From: an uncultured bacterium
GTDB lineage: Bacteria; Acidobacteriota; Thermoanaerobaculia; Multivoradales; JAHZIX01
Length of the DNA stretch: 64,000 nt
Direction of reading: 5' to 3'
NCBI GenBank assembly: GCA_965368975.1
Contig: CBDUPA010000014.1
Location: forward strand, 32,001 to 96,000
The notes below the pieces were generated by a model. That model was not told where the DNA came from and ran no database searches. It saw nothing but the letters and a program-made list of their open reading frames with translations. Each line of letters opens with the position of its first letter. Position 1 is the first letter of the stretch. Shown piece after piece: positions 38,942-49,098 of this stretch. Made by a program: the position numbers and the translations under genes.

Positions 38942-40558
38942 GTGAGCGATCGCAAACCGACCCTCTTTCTCACCGGCGCTTCCGGCTATGTCGGCGGACG
39001 CCTGGCACCTCGCCTGCTGGAGCGCGGCTACCACCTGCGATGCCTGGCTCGCTCACCGCGCAAGCTGCACGATCGCCCCTGGTCGGACCACCCAGCGCTG
39101 GAGATCGTCCGTGGAGATGCGGCCCACGAAGAACAGCTGGTCGAATCGATGCGGGGCTGCAGCACCGCCTTTTACCTCATCCATTCGATGCTGGCAGCAG
39201 GCCGTCACTACGCCGAGCGCGATCGCCGGCTGGCGACCCTCTTTGCCCGCGCGGCACAGCGCGCCGGCGTCGAGCGCATTCTCTACCTGGGCGGGCTGGG
39301 TGAGACAGGTGACGATCTCTCGGAGCACCTGAGTTCCCGCCGCGAGGTCGAGCGCGCCCTGGCCTCGTCGGGCGTCCCGGTCACGGTACTGCGCGCGGCC
39401 CTGATCATCGGCGCCGGATCGGCCTCATTCGAGATCCTGCGCTACCTGGTGGAGAGGCTGCCGGTGATGATCACGCCGCGCTGGGTCAAGACGGAGTGCC
39501 AGCCGATCGCCATCGAGAACGTTCTCGAATACCTGGAAGGCTGCCTGGAAGTGCCGGAGACGGCTGGCAAGACCTTCGATATCGGTGGCAGTGACATTCT
39601 GACCTACTTGCAGATGATGCACATCATGGCCGAGCAGCTCGGTCTTCGCCGGCGCGTCATCTGGCCAGTACCGGTGCTGACACCGGGCCTGAGTTCACGC
39701 TGGATCCACTTCGTGACACCGCTTTCCAAGGAGATCGCCCGGCCGCTCGCCGAAGGCCTGCGCAATCGTGTCGTGTGCCGGAACTCGGAAATTCGACAGC
39801 TCGTCCCGCTCGACCTCCTGGGGGTGCGGGACGCCATTGGCCGTGCACTCGGAGATACCGCCAATCATGCCGTCGAGACTTCGTGGAGCGACGCGGGACC
39901 GGTGCCAGGTGATCCGGACTGGGCCGGCGGCACCACCTTCGTCGATCGCCGCGAGCTGCAGATCCAGGCCTCGCCGGAGCGCGTCTTCTGGGCCATCTGC
40001 CGCATCGGCGGCGGCAACGGCTGGTACGCCGCCGACTATCTGTGGCGCCTGCGCGGCTTCCTGGACCAGCTGTTCGGCGGTCCCGGCCTGCGCCGCGGTC
40101 GCCGCGATCCCGAGCTCCTGGGCTACGGCGACGCTCTCGATTTCTGGCGCGTCACGGGCATCGAACAAGATCGGCACCTGGCTCTGCGGGCAGAGATGAA
40201 GCTGCCCGGGCAAGCCCTGCTTTCCTTCGATCTCGAAGCTACCGGTCCTGCTGGCACGCGGCTCATCCAGACCGCCCGCTTCCGGCCACGCGGCCTGCTC
40301 GGCCTACTCTACTGGGCCGCCGTCCTACCCTTCCACGGCTTCGTCTTTCGCGGCATGCTCGGGGGTATTCGCCAAGCCGCGGAAGGTGCCGCCCCACGTG
40401 AATCCGTACGCGTCACACCTGCGCCCCCGCGCAGCCTGGTGCCCCCACTGCCGTGCCCCCCAACAAGTCGGAGCGGCCATCTTGAACCTGCAACTGCCGA
40501 GCGCGATCCAACACAGGCTCGACCGGCTCTACGACCGCTGGATCGAGCAGGGCGGTGA
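38942..40558 (+). CDS. NAD(P)-binding SDR-type oxidoreductase with DUF2867 (YbjT-like)
   Basis: TGASGYVG, IGGGNGWY, LDFWRV, AEMKLPG, LYWAAVLPFH. Confidence 0.9.
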   Translation: MSDRKPTLFLTGASGYVGGRLAPRLLERGYHLRCLARSPRKLHDRPWSDHPALEIVRGDAAHEEQLVESMRGCSTAFYLIHSMLAAGRHYAERDRRLATLFARAAQRAGVERILYLGGLGETGDDLSEHLSSRREVERALASSGVPVTVLRAALIIGAGSASFEILRYLVERLPVMITPRWVKTECQPIAIENVLEYLEGCLEVPETAGKTFDIGGSDILTYLQMMHIMAEQLGLRRRVIWPVPVLTPGLSSRWIHFVTPLSKEIARPLAEGLRNRVVCRNSEIRQLVPLDLLGVRDAIGRALGDTANHAVETSWSDAGPVPGDPDWAGGTTFVDRRELQIQASPERVFWAICRIGGGNGWYAADYLWRLRGFLDQLFGGPGLRRGRRDPELLGYGDALDFWRVTGIEQDRHLALRAEMKLPGQALLSFDLEATGPAGTRLIQTARFRPRGLLGLLYWAAVLPFHGFVFRGMLGGIRQAAEGAAPRESVRVTPAPPRSLVPPLPCPPTSRSGHLEPATAERDPTQARPALRPLDRAGR

Positions 40559-41813
40559 GCGCCACTGTGGCGAGCTGGATGCACAGGCCTGCCGAGAAGT
40601 GCCGAGCAACTTCTTTCTCTACGCCGCATCGCTGGTGCTGACCAAGTTGGGCGACGCGCTGGCCAGTCCCAAGACCACACTGACCTGGGTCATGAGCGCG
40701 GCGGGAGCCCCTGCCGCCTTGATCGCGCTGCTGGTCCCCATCCGTGAGTCCGGATCGATGCTGCCGCAGGTGGTGCTCGGTGGCTGGGTGCGGCGACTGG
40801 CGCTGCGCAAGTGGGTGTGGGTGGTCGGCAGCCTGCTGCAAGCGCTGGCGATCGCCGGTATCGCCGCCGCCGCGGCCTTCACCTCAGGCGTCACCGCGGG
40901 ACTCTGCATCCTCGCCGCCGTCGCCGCCTTCAGCCTGTCGCGCAGCTTGTCCTCCATCGCGTCCAAAGACGTCAAGGGCAAGACCCTGCCCAAGGGCCGG
41001 CGCGGCCGGGTTGGTGGCCTGGCGGCCAGCGTTTCCGGAGCCCTGACCATGATCGTCGCCCTGGCCCTGCTCGGCTGGCGTCAAGAAGAGGTACCAGCGC
41101 ACGTCTACGGCGCCTTGCTCGCCGGTGCCGCCGGCTTGTGGTTGCTGGCCGCCGGCTTGTTCGCCTGCATCCGAGAGTTTCCGGGCGAAACCGACGACAA
41201 CGCCAGTCTCGCCCAAGCCGTGGATCGCCTGCGCTTGCTGGCGCGCGAGCCCCACTTTCGACGCTTCGTCGTGACGCGTGCCTTCTTCGTCTCGACCGCC
41301 CTGGCTAGCCCGTACTACGTGCTGTTGGCGCGCGAACGCGCGGGCAGCCAACTATCCCTTCTCGGCCTCTTCGTACTCGCTGGGGGCCTCGCCTCCAGCC
41401 TCTCCTCCAACTTCTGGGGTCGCTGGGCCGATCGCTCTGCGCGCCGCGTCCTGCTCGCCGGCGCTGGCCTGGCGAGCCTGCTCGGCGTGCTCACCTTCGC
41501 CATCGCCACCTGGAGGCCGACCTGGCTCGAGAATGCCTGGCTACTCGTCGGCGCCTTCTTCCTGCTCGGTGTCGCCCACAGCGGCGTGCGCCTGGGACGC
41601 AAGACCTACGTCGTCGACATGGCCAAAGGCAATCAGCGCACCGACTACGTCGCCACCGCCAACACCGCCATCGGCGCGCTGCTCCTACTCACCGGCGTCC
41701 TCGGCCCGCTCGTCGGCGTCCTCGGCGCCGCCGGTATGCTGCTGCTGCTCGCCATCTGCGGATTCGTCGGCATGGGCATCGGCTGGCACCTACCCGAGGT
41801 GCAAGACGGCTGA
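40482..41813 (+). CDS. MFS transporter
   Basis: PKTTLTW, PIRESGSMLPQ, GVRLGRKTY, about 12 TMs. TTG start after GGAG. Confidence 0.85.
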   Translation: MNLQLPSAIQHRLDRLYDRWIEQGGERHCGELDAQACREVPSNFFLYAASLVLTKLGDALASPKTTLTWVMSAAGAPAALIALLVPIRESGSMLPQVVLGGWVRRLALRKWVWVVGSLLQALAIAGIAAAAAFTSGVTAGLCILAAVAAFSLSRSLSSIASKDVKGKTLPKGRRGRVGGLAASVSGALTMIVALALLGWRQEEVPAHVYGALLAGAAGLWLLAAGLFACIREFPGETDDNASLAQAVDRLRLLAREPHFRRFVVTRAFFVSTALASPYYVLLARERAGSQLSLLGLFVLAGGLASSLSSNFWGRWADRSARRVLLAGAGLASLLGVLTFAIATWRPTWLENAWLLVGAFFLLGVAHSGVRLGRKTYVVDMAKGNQRTDYVATANTAIGALLLLTGVLGPLVGVLGAAGMLLLLAICGFVGMGIGWHLPEVQDG

Positions 41814-41868
41814 CTCCGATATTCGGCTGGCACCTCCGGCTGGCACCTCCGGATGCTACGCTCTCGGC

Positions 41869-42336
41869 ATGCAAGACTCGCTGCAGATCGGCATCCTCTC
41901 GGATACGCACGGACTCCTACGCCCCACCGTCCTGCGACGCCTGCGCGGCGTCGACCACATTCTGCACGCGGGTGACGTCGAAGACCCGGCGATCCTCGAC
42001 CAGCTGCGCGCCATCGCTCCCGTCACGGCCGTGCGCGGCAACACCGACGGCGGCCCGACAGCGCACCTCCCGTGGCAGGCGCAGGGCGACTTCGCCGGCA
42101 TCACCTGGCGCATGGTGCACCGGCGAGAAGACGTGCCGAGCGAGTGGCTGCGCGAGACGCACCTGATCGTCCACGGCCACAGTCACCGTCCCGAACTGTC
42201 CTGGCACGGCAACAACTGCCTGATCCTCAACCCAGGTGCCTGCGGCAAGCGGCGCTTCCAGCTGCCGCTGACCATCGCACGACTGGCGATCGTCGAAGGA
42301 CGGATGGTCCCGGAATTGGTGAGCGTCGAAGAGTAG
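41869..42336 (+). CDS. YfcE-like metallophosphoesterase
   Basis: SDTHG, HAGD, RGNTD, GHSH, NPG. Confidence 0.9.
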   Translation: MQDSLQIGILSDTHGLLRPTVLRRLRGVDHILHAGDVEDPAILDQLRAIAPVTAVRGNTDGGPTAHLPWQAQGDFAGITWRMVHRREDVPSEWLRETHLIVHGHSHRPELSWHGNNCLILNPGACGKRRFQLPLTIARLAIVEGRMVPELVSVEE

Positions 42337-42402
42337 AGGGGAGCTGCAGAGGGGGTCAGACGGAGGACGCACGGACGTGCGCCCTCCCGTGGGGAGCGTC
42401 GA

Positions 42403-42768
42403 TCAGGTGCGGCAGATGCACTCGTTCGACGGGTACACCGCATCGCACGTGCCGGTCACACCGTTCTTCACGCAGGCTTCGGTGTGCTTCTTGCCCTTGC
42501 ACTCGTTCTCACTCTGGTCGTTGCAAGTCGGCAGCCGGTCAACGTCGATCGGCTCGACCTCGATCGGACCCGCCGGCGTCGCGACAGCCATGTCGGTGAC
42601 ACCCGGAATGTCGATCGGCGTCACGTCCACCTGCGGCGCGGTCACGGCCGACGTAGCTTCGGCCGCCGGGGCTTCCGGAGCCGTTTCAGCTGCACCGACG
42701 CTCCATAGTGCCAACGCACCACAGCACACGATCAAGCACGCCAACACAGAAAATTTCAAACTTTTCAT
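42403..42768 (-). CDS. Small secreted Cys-rich prepropeptide (121 aa)
   Basis: Signal peptide, acidic Ala/Pro/Thr pro-region, 6-Cys C-terminal core. AAGGAG RBS and its own promoter. Confidence 0.8.
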   Translation of the reverse strand: MKSLKFSVLACLIVCCGALALWSVGAAETAPEAPAAEATSAVTAPQVDVTPIDIPGVTDMAVATPAGPIEVEPIDVDRLPTCNDQSENECKGKKHTEACVKNGVTGTCDAVYPSNECICRT

Positions 42769-42833
42769 TCCTGCTACTCCTTACAACATGCCGCACGACC
42801 CGAGCGGAGTGCGGACTATTTACGTGTGGCTGT

Positions 42834-42862
42834 ATTGTAATCCTGCCACCCGAGACACGCAA
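42834..42862 (-). promoter_or_regulatory. Sigma70 promoter for the Cys-rich peptide gene
   Basis: Minus strand TTGCGT-17 nt-TACAAT. Confidence 0.6.
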
Positions 42863-42938
42863 CGCACCCTTGCCAAGCCGTCTGCCCGACCAGGGCTGAA
42901 CTCCACCCACGGTGCCGGGCGCGCCGCGCTCGGGTCGC

Positions 42939-43682
42939 CTAGACGCCGGCCGACAATCGCTCGGCCAGCATCGACGGCAAACCAGCCGCCATGATTCGCT
43001 CCTGCGCTTTCTCTACCGGATACTCGAGCCGTTGCCAGTGGACCTCCCCGGCGTCACTGTCATAAGTCAGGAACGAGGCACGCGGATCGCGATCGCGCGG
43101 CTGGCCAATCGAACCGGGGTTGATCATGTAGCGGGTGGTCTCTTTGAGCCGGATCGTCCCTTCGCTACCCCGTAGCACCCCGACTTCGACTCCGTTGTCG
43201 TCGAGGGTGAACAGCGACGGGATATGCGTGTGGCCGAAGAAGGTAAGCCAGGAGTCGTGCTTCTGGAACACCTCGTAGGCATCGTAGTTGGAGAACACGT
43301 AGGCGTCTTCGTCGAGCGGCGAACCGTGACAGATGGCCAGCTTGGGCGACACCTTCACCGGTCCCTTGCGCAGCTCCCGCACGAAACTCAGGTTCTCTTC
43401 GTTCATCTCTTCGGTGGTCCAGCGGGCAGCGGCGAGGGCAGCGAAGTTGAAGTTGGAGCCATCGTCGATACCAGCGACCACCTTGTCGTGGTTGCCACGA
43501 ATCGAGTAGACCTCACCGGGCAGCCGGCGCACTCCTTGTACGACTTCGTTGGGCGCGGCTCCATAGCCGACGACATCCCCCAGCATCAGCACGATGTCGA
43601 AGTCTTCATCGCGCAGGTGATGGAGCACGGCCTCGAAAGCGTCCCAATTGCCGTGCATGTCGGAAAGGATCAGATAGCGCAA
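42939..43682 (-). CDS. Metallophosphoesterase (calcineurin-like)
   Basis: SDMHGN, LGDVVGYG, RGNHD, HGSP, GHTH, NPGSIGQPRD. TTG start overlaps the aroK end. Confidence 0.9.
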   Translation of the reverse strand: MRYLILSDMHGNWDAFEAVLHHLRDEDFDIVLMLGDVVGYGAAPNEVVQGVRRLPGEVYSIRGNHDKVVAGIDDGSNFNFAALAAARWTTEEMNEENLSFVRELRKGPVKVSPKLAICHGSPLDEDAYVFSNYDAYEVFQKHDSWLTFFGHTHIPSLFTLDDNGVEVGVLRGSEGTIRLKETTRYMINPGSIGQPRDRDPRASFLTYDSDAGEVHWQRLEYPVEKAQERIMAAGLPSMLAERLSAGV

Positions 43683-44260
43683 TGTCGTTCTTCCTCGCTG
43701 TGCCGGGGGTCGACTGGATGACAAAAGAATGCAGCTTCGGGCCGGTCGAGTCTCTCTTCTTGAGCGGCGAGGAGATACCGAACACGCTCCGCGGTACAAG
43801 CTGGTGTCTCGGACGGATCGACGTCGACGCGATAGTCGGCCTCCTGATAGTACTTCACTCGTTCTTCGAAGATCACCCTGGCCGCGTGCAGGTCGCGGAA
43901 TAGCGGCCGCACCTGCCCTGCAGCGGTGGCGCGTCGGGCCAGCTCTTCGAACGGCAGCTGCAACCACACACGGACACCCGTGCGCCGCAGCAGGTCACGG
44001 GTGTCGGCTCGGTTCACGATGCCACCGCCAGTAGCGACCACGTACGGCTCCGCACGGTTAGCCACGGCGGCCAGTTCTCGAGCTTCCAGGTCGCGGAAAG
44101 CCGACTCACCGCGAGACTCGAAAATGTCGGCAATGGTCAGGCCCGTGCGCTCCTCGATGAGTTCGTCCAGGTCGACGAAGGGACGCTGCCAGGCGTCCGC
44201 GAGTAGGCGACCGACAGTCGTCTTGCCTGCGGCCATGAAGCCGACCAGGAACAGGTGCAT
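43670..44260 (-). CDS. aroK: Shikimate kinase
   Basis: GFMAAGKTT, DLD, GESAFR, TGGG, RPL. Confidence 0.95.
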   Translation of the reverse strand: MHLFLVGFMAAGKTTVGRLLADAWQRPFVDLDELIEERTGLTIADIFESRGESAFRDLEARELAAVANRAEPYVVATGGGIVNRADTRDLLRRTGVRVWLQLPFEELARRATAAGQVRPLFRDLHAARVIFEERVKYYQEADYRVDVDPSETPACTAERVRYLLAAQEERLDRPEAAFFCHPVDPRHSEEERHCAI

Positions 44261-44296
44261 AGGTCCTCGACCTTCGATCACCACCCCACCCTCGCT

Positions 44297-44431
44297 TCAA
44301 GCTCTCTCGGCTGGCGCGGCCGCGGCGCTCTTCGTCGCTTCCGAGCGCACAGCACGCAGCAGCAAGAGGGCGAAGCCTCCCCAGACAATTCCACAAATGA
44401 CGAGCATGGCGGTCCACGTGCTGGCTCCCAT
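44297..44431 (-). CDS. MetS-like small subunit of NSS transporter
   Basis: MGASTWTAMLVICGIVWGGFALLLLRAVRSE.., single TM with IVWGG, coupled to the NSS gene stop. Confidence 0.75.
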   Translation of the reverse strand: MGASTWTAMLVICGIVWGGFALLLLRAVRSEATKSAAAAPAERA

Positions 44432-45891
44432 CAAGCTTCTCCTTGTGCGTTCTTGCGACGGCGGGCGCGCAGCCACAGGGCGTTCAGGAGCACCAAGATT
44501 ACCAGAGCCAGGGCCCACTGGGCGAGCACCGTTCCCGTGCTCTCGGGGAGCAGCGGGTCGAACACCACCGCCGCGTCCCAGTCACCGCGCGGCCACAGCC
44601 ACCAGAGCAGTAGCGCGACGGCCTGCAGCGGCACCAGGACACCCAGCGCCACCGTCCACCAGCGGCCGATCCGCAGGTCATTCCCGGGGGCATTGACCAC
44701 CTCGCGACGTAACTTGTCGAGGCCGTAGCGTGCCGCGGCGATGGCGAAGAAGAGGCCGGAGACCATCAAGCCGACGCCCCACACCCAATCTTGATTGCGG
44801 AACACGGGCATGTAGAGCGCGGACAGCGAGCCGAAGAGCAGGCCACAGCCGGCCGCGGTGAGCAGCGACGTCTTGCGAGTGAGACCGAAGTCGATGCCGA
44901 TGCGGGTGGCCAGCTCGAGCAACGAGATCTGGCTGGTCAACGCGGCGAACGACAGCGCCAGGAAGAAGATCACCATGAAAACGCTGCCTCCGGGCATGGA
45001 AGCGAAGAGCTGTGGCATCCAGATGAAGGTGAGCCCCTCGTTCCCGGCACCAACGATCTCGGAGCTGGCCGCCGGGTTGAGGGCAAAGACGGTGCACAGC
45101 ACCATGATGCCGGCGAGCAACGACACGGAGTTGTTGCCGAAGCCGATCAGGAAGCCGTTGAGACCGACGTCCTCGCGCGAGCGCATGTAGATGGCGTACG
45201 TCAGGACAAGGCCCCAGCCAGCCCCCGTATCCCACGCGTTCTGGGTCAGTGCTTCGAGCCAGATGCGCGGCTCGGTGAGGGCCGACCAGTCCGGCTTGAA
45301 GAGGAACTCGAGGCCGGCCTCGGCCCCCGGCAGAGTGACGGCTCGAATCGCCAGGATCACCACCAGCACCAGGAGCGTCGGGATCAGCACCTTGGCCACC
45401 TTCTCGATCCCGCGCACGCCGAACCACACCACGGACGCGGCCAGCGTCATGGCCAGCGCGTGCGTGCCCAAGGCTCCCGGTGAAGCCGCGAAGCCATTCC
45501 ATAGGTCCTCGGAACCGCGACGTTGCAGCTCGCCGGTGAGCGAAGCACCGAGGTAGCGCAAACACCAGCCGGCGACCACCGAGTAGTAGAACATGATGGC
45601 GGTGGCACACAGGGCCACCCAGCCACCCATCCAGCGGAACTTGTCGCCCGCCAGCCGGCCGAAGGATTTGACCACTCCCTGGCGCGTGTGCTTGCCGACG
45701 CTGAACTCGAGAATGATCAGGGGCACGGACCAGAGCAGTAGAAAGACCAACCAGGCGACCAGGAAGCTACCGCCCCCGTTGCTCGCCGCCACCCGTGGAA
45801 AGCGCCAGATGTTGCCCGTACCGACCGCCATTCCGAGGGTGGCCAGAACCAGGCCCCAGCGGCTGGTGAAGTGCTCGACTTTCTCACTCAT
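44431..45891 (-). CDS. Sodium-dependent transporter, NSS/SNF family
   Basis: AVGTGNIWRFP, NGGGSF, GLTFIWMP. Confidence 0.95.
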   Translation of the reverse strand: MSEKVEHFTSRWGLVLATLGMAVGTGNIWRFPRVAASNGGGSFLVAWLVFLLLWSVPLIILEFSVGKHTRQGVVKSFGRLAGDKFRWMGGWVALCATAIMFYYSVVAGWCLRYLGASLTGELQRRGSEDLWNGFAASPGALGTHALAMTLAASVVWFGVRGIEKVAKVLIPTLLVLVVILAIRAVTLPGAEAGLEFLFKPDWSALTEPRIWLEALTQNAWDTGAGWGLVLTYAIYMRSREDVGLNGFLIGFGNNSVSLLAGIMVLCTVFALNPAASSEIVGAGNEGLTFIWMPQLFASMPGGSVFMVIFFLALSFAALTSQISLLELATRIGIDFGLTRKTSLLTAAGCGLLFGSLSALYMPVFRNQDWVWGVGLMVSGLFFAIAAARYGLDKLRREVVNAPGNDLRIGRWWTVALGVLVPLQAVALLLWWLWPRGDWDAAVVFDPLLPESTGTVLAQWALALVILVLLNALWLRARRRKNAQGEA

Positions 45892-45927
45892 GGTGTTCTT
45901 CCCCCCCTGAACCTAAGGATCGTGAAA

Positions 45928-46635
45928 TCAAAGATGTGCCGCTGCCAGCAGGCGGCGACAGCGCGCGGTGATGCGGCCGGGCGCGAAGGCCTCTCCGGCT
46001 CGGCCGCAGACGGCGCCAATCACGGCGACGGTATCAGCACCAGCGTCCAGTACCGAGCGCAGATTCGTCTCGCCGATGCCTCCGATGGCGATCAGCGGCC
46101 GCACGGCGGCTAGGCCTGCGGCATGGGTCTCGTCCAGACGGCGGCGAGCGTAGCGCACTAGGTCGAGCCCGACCACCGGATCGGCACCGCTCTTGGACTG
46201 GGTGCTGAACACCGGGCCAACCGCGAGCGCGTCGATGTGGGGGGCCACCAACGCCGCCTCGACCTGCGCACGGCTGTGCGTCGAGGCCCCGATCGCCGTG
46301 CGCCGGGCCTCTTCCCCGCCGGCACGGAGGGCGTGATCGACCGCGGCTGGCGGCAGGTCGCGCTGTCCGACGTGAACACCAGCGACCCTCCCGGCGAAGA
46401 GCGCCGCCAAGTCGACTCGGTCGTCGAGCCACAGCGTACACTCACCGCCTTCGAGACGCCGGCACACGCGCTCGAGCAAGCGGTAGAGTCGATCGCCACT
46501 CGCCGTCTTGGCTCGCAGCTGCAGCCAGGAGAGTCCCGCATCGACCATCTCGGCAGCTGCGGCCGGCAGGTCCGACTCGCCCAGTACATCGAGATCGGCG
46601 AGGGCGTAGACGGGCCCCGGGGGCGGCAGCTTCAT
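45928..46635 (-). CDS. thiE: Thiamine phosphate synthase
   Basis: QLRAK, DDRVD, GVHVGQRD, STH, GPVFST.SK, AIGGI. Confidence 0.9.
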   Translation of the reverse strand: MKLPPPGPVYALADLDVLGESDLPAAAAEMVDAGLSWLQLRAKTASGDRLYRLLERVCRRLEGGECTLWLDDRVDLAALFAGRVAGVHVGQRDLPPAAVDHALRAGGEEARRTAIGASTHSRAQVEAALVAPHIDALAVGPVFSTQSKSGADPVVGLDLVRYARRRLDETHAAGLAAVRPLIAIGGIGETNLRSVLDAGADTVAVIGAVCGRAGEAFAPGRITARCRRLLAAAHL

Positions 46636-46653
46636 CGGGTGCGATCCCCCGGA

Positions 46654-48024
46654 TCAGCCCTCGGCCAACTGCTTCTTGCGCTCCGCCTCGCGCTGCAGGA
46701 ACTCCTCCATGAAGCGTGTCGACATCTCTCCACGGCGGAAGAATTCATCCTGAAGGATGCGCCTGTGTAACGGTATCGACGTCTTGATGCCCTCGATGAC
46801 GAACTGATCCAGTGCCCGGCACATGCGCGCGATTGCCATCTCTCGGTCGTTGGCATGGACGATCAGCTTGGCGACCATGGAATCGTACGTCGGGGGCACC
46901 ACGTACCGCTCGTAGACGTGAGTGTCCACGCGCACGCCAGGTCCACCCGGCGGATGGAAGGTGGAGATGGGTCCCGGTGAGGGCCAGAACTTTTCCGGGT
47001 CCTCGGCATTGACGCGGCACTCGATGGCGTGGCCGCGCGGCTTGAGGCCACTGCGCAGGCCGAGCCTGTTACCCGCCGCCACTTCGAGCTGCTTGCGGAC
47101 CAGGTCAACACCGGTCACCAGCTCCGTCACCGGGTGCTCGACCTGGATGCGGGTGTTCATTTCCATGAAATAGAAACTGCCATCCACATCGAGCAGGAAC
47201 TCGATGGTACCGGCGTTGCGATAATCCACCGCTTCGGCCAGCCGCACCGCGGCATTGCCCATCTCTTCGCGCTTCCCCTGGTCGAGGACCGGCGAGGGCG
47301 CCTCTTCGATCAGCTTCTGGTGCCGGCGCTGGATCGAGCACTCGCGCTCACCCAGGTGCACAACCTTGCCATGGTGATCCCCGAAAATCTGGATCTCGAT
47401 ATGGCGTGGCTGCTCGAGGTACTTCTCCATGTACACCGCACCATCACCGAACGCGACCTGCGCCTCCTGGCTTGCCATGTCGAAGGCTCTCGCGAGCTCG
47501 CTCTCTTTGCGCACGATGCGCATGCCGCGACCACCACCACCGGCCGAGGCCTTGAGGATCACCGGGTAGCCCACGTCGGCGGCCAGCTTCAGCGCCTCCT
47601 TGGTGCAGGACAGGGGCTCCTTGCTACCCGGCAGCACCGGCACTCCGGCCTCCTCGGCCATCTGGCGCGCCTTGGCCTTGTCACCCATCAGGCGGATGGT
47701 CTCGGGCTTGGGACCGATCCAGATCAGCTTGCACTCTTCGAGCATCTCGGCGAAGCGAGCATTCTCGGACAGGAAACCGTACCCCGGGTGAACGGCGTCG
47801 GCACCCGTGATCTCCGCGGCGGCGATCACGGACTGAATGTTGAGGTAGCTCTGGGCCGATGGTGGCGGTCCGATGCAGACCGAGTCATCGGCGTAGGTGA
47901 CATGCAGGCTGTCCTCATCCACGGTGCTGTGCACAGCGACCGTCTGGATCCCCAGCTCCTTGCACGCATGGATGACGCGGAGGGCGATCTCGCCCCGGTT
48001 GGCAATGAGAACTTTTTTGAACAC
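46654..48024 (-). CDS. accC: Acetyl-CoA carboxylase biotin carboxylase
   Basis: [39 protein letters not shown]. Confidence 0.97.
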   Translation of the reverse strand: MFKKVLIANRGEIALRVIHACKELGIQTVAVHSTVDEDSLHVTYADDSVCIGPPPSAQSYLNIQSVIAAAEITGADAVHPGYGFLSENARFAEMLEECKLIWIGPKPETIRLMGDKAKARQMAEEAGVPVLPGSKEPLSCTKEALKLAADVGYPVILKASAGGGGRGMRIVRKESELARAFDMASQEAQVAFGDGAVYMEKYLEQPRHIEIQIFGDHHGKVVHLGERECSIQRRHQKLIEEAPSPVLDQGKREEMGNAAVRLAEAVDYRNAGTIEFLLDVDGSFYFMEMNTRIQVEHPVTELVTGVDLVRKQLEVAAGNRLGLRSGLKPRGHAIECRVNAEDPEKFWPSPGPISTFHPPGGPGVRVDTHVYERYVVPPTYDSMVAKLIVHANDREMAIARMCRALDQFVIEGIKTSIPLHRRILQDEFFRRGEMSTRFMEEFLQREAERKKQLAEG

Positions 48025-48049
48025 TCAGATCAACCTTTACCGCGCAGCC

Positions 48050-48556
48050 TCAAGCGGGACGGACGGCGAACAGGGGTTCGTCGAACTCGACCGGTTGGCC
48101 GTCTTCGACCAGCACCTGGGCAATCTCACCGCTGACTTCGCTTTCGATCTCGTTCATCAGCTTCATGGCTTCGACGATGCACAACGCTTGGCCCGGCTTG
48201 ACGTGATCCCCGACCTCGACGAAGGACGGCTTGTCGGGACTCGGCTTGCGATAGAAGGTGCCGACGATCGGCGAGCGGACCAACACCAGGCTGGCGTCGT
48301 CCGCCGGGTCTGGTGCGGCGGCAGCAGCCGGCGCGGCGGGCTGAGGAGCGGCGGCAGGAGGCGGCGCGGTAGCCGTGGCTGCGGCGACCGGGTCCGCCAT
48401 CGGTGCGGCCGCAGGCATCGGTGCGGCGACCACGCTGGGTCCCTGAGAGATGCCGTCGATCTTGAGGCGGAATCCGGAGCGCTCCAACTCGAGGCCTTGC
48501 AGGTTGCGCTGGGCTACCAGCTCGACCAGCTCAGTGATCTGTTCGAAGGTCAACAA
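48050..48556 (-). CDS. accB: Biotin carboxyl carrier protein
   Basis: [18 protein letters not shown] start. Confidence 0.95.
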   Translation of the reverse strand: MLTFEQITELVELVAQRNLQGLELERSGFRLKIDGISQGPSVVAAPMPAAAPMADPVAAATATAPPPAAAPQPAAPAAAAAPDPADDASLVLVRSPIVGTFYRKPSPDKPSFVEVGDHVKPGQALCIVEAMKLMNEIESEVSGEIAQVLVEDGQPVEFDEPLFAVRPA

Positions 48557-48721
48557 AGCCGTATCCCCTCTCCTTGAAGGATGCGCGGCGAAGAGTCGCG
48601 GAGTGGCCATCGAAGCCCCGGTCCTGATCGGCGGCGGCTGGCCGCAAAGGCCGGGCTCCGACGATAGAGAGGCTTCTCTAGTCGATCACTCCAAACTGAC
48701 GAGTGCCGCGAGATTAATTGC

Positions 48722-49075
48722 TTAGAGGTCGTGTTCCAGGATGAGCCGCGCGCGACGCAGCTCGAAGCGAGCCTGCCCGAAGTTGCCCGTCTTGTCGAGC
48801 ACCAGGAGCAGGTAGTACTCCCAGTTGACGGAGCTTACCATGATGGTCAGGTCGTCCGTGGTGATCGAGAATTGCGAGACCTCGCCCGCCGCGAGTTCGC
48901 GGTGGTTGTCCGAGATCGACCGCACTTGGGCCACCAGCTCGGCCGCCATGAGTTCCAGGTCGAGGCCAGGATCACTGTTGACGGATTCGACGCGGATGCC
49001 GTCCTTGTCGATCAAGGACAGCGCAATGGCGCCTGTGATGCGATTGCTGATTTGATTGAGGCGTTCGAGGAACAT
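48722..49075 (-). CDS. Roadblock/LC7 domain protein (MglC-like by synteny)
   Basis: GAIALSLIDKDGI..YYLLLVL..GNFGQARFEL, lying between the pil cluster and accB. Confidence 0.85.
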   Translation of the reverse strand: MFLERLNQISNRITGAIALSLIDKDGIRVESVNSDPGLDLELMAAELVAQVRSISDNHRELAAGEVSQFSITTDDLTIMVSSVNWEYYLLLVLDKTGNFGQARFELRRARLILEHDL

Positions 49076-49098
49076 CTTGATCAGGTCACACGACAGTG

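Noticed and set aside
40482-40558. 77-bp overlap between the SDR and MFS genes as a frameshift signal
   Set aside because: No slippery site is evident, and a low-complexity C-terminal run-on or start uncertainty explains it.
41825-41850. 13-bp direct repeat GGCTGGCACCTCC x2
   Set aside because: Simple local duplication with no element between the copies, so not a target-site duplication.
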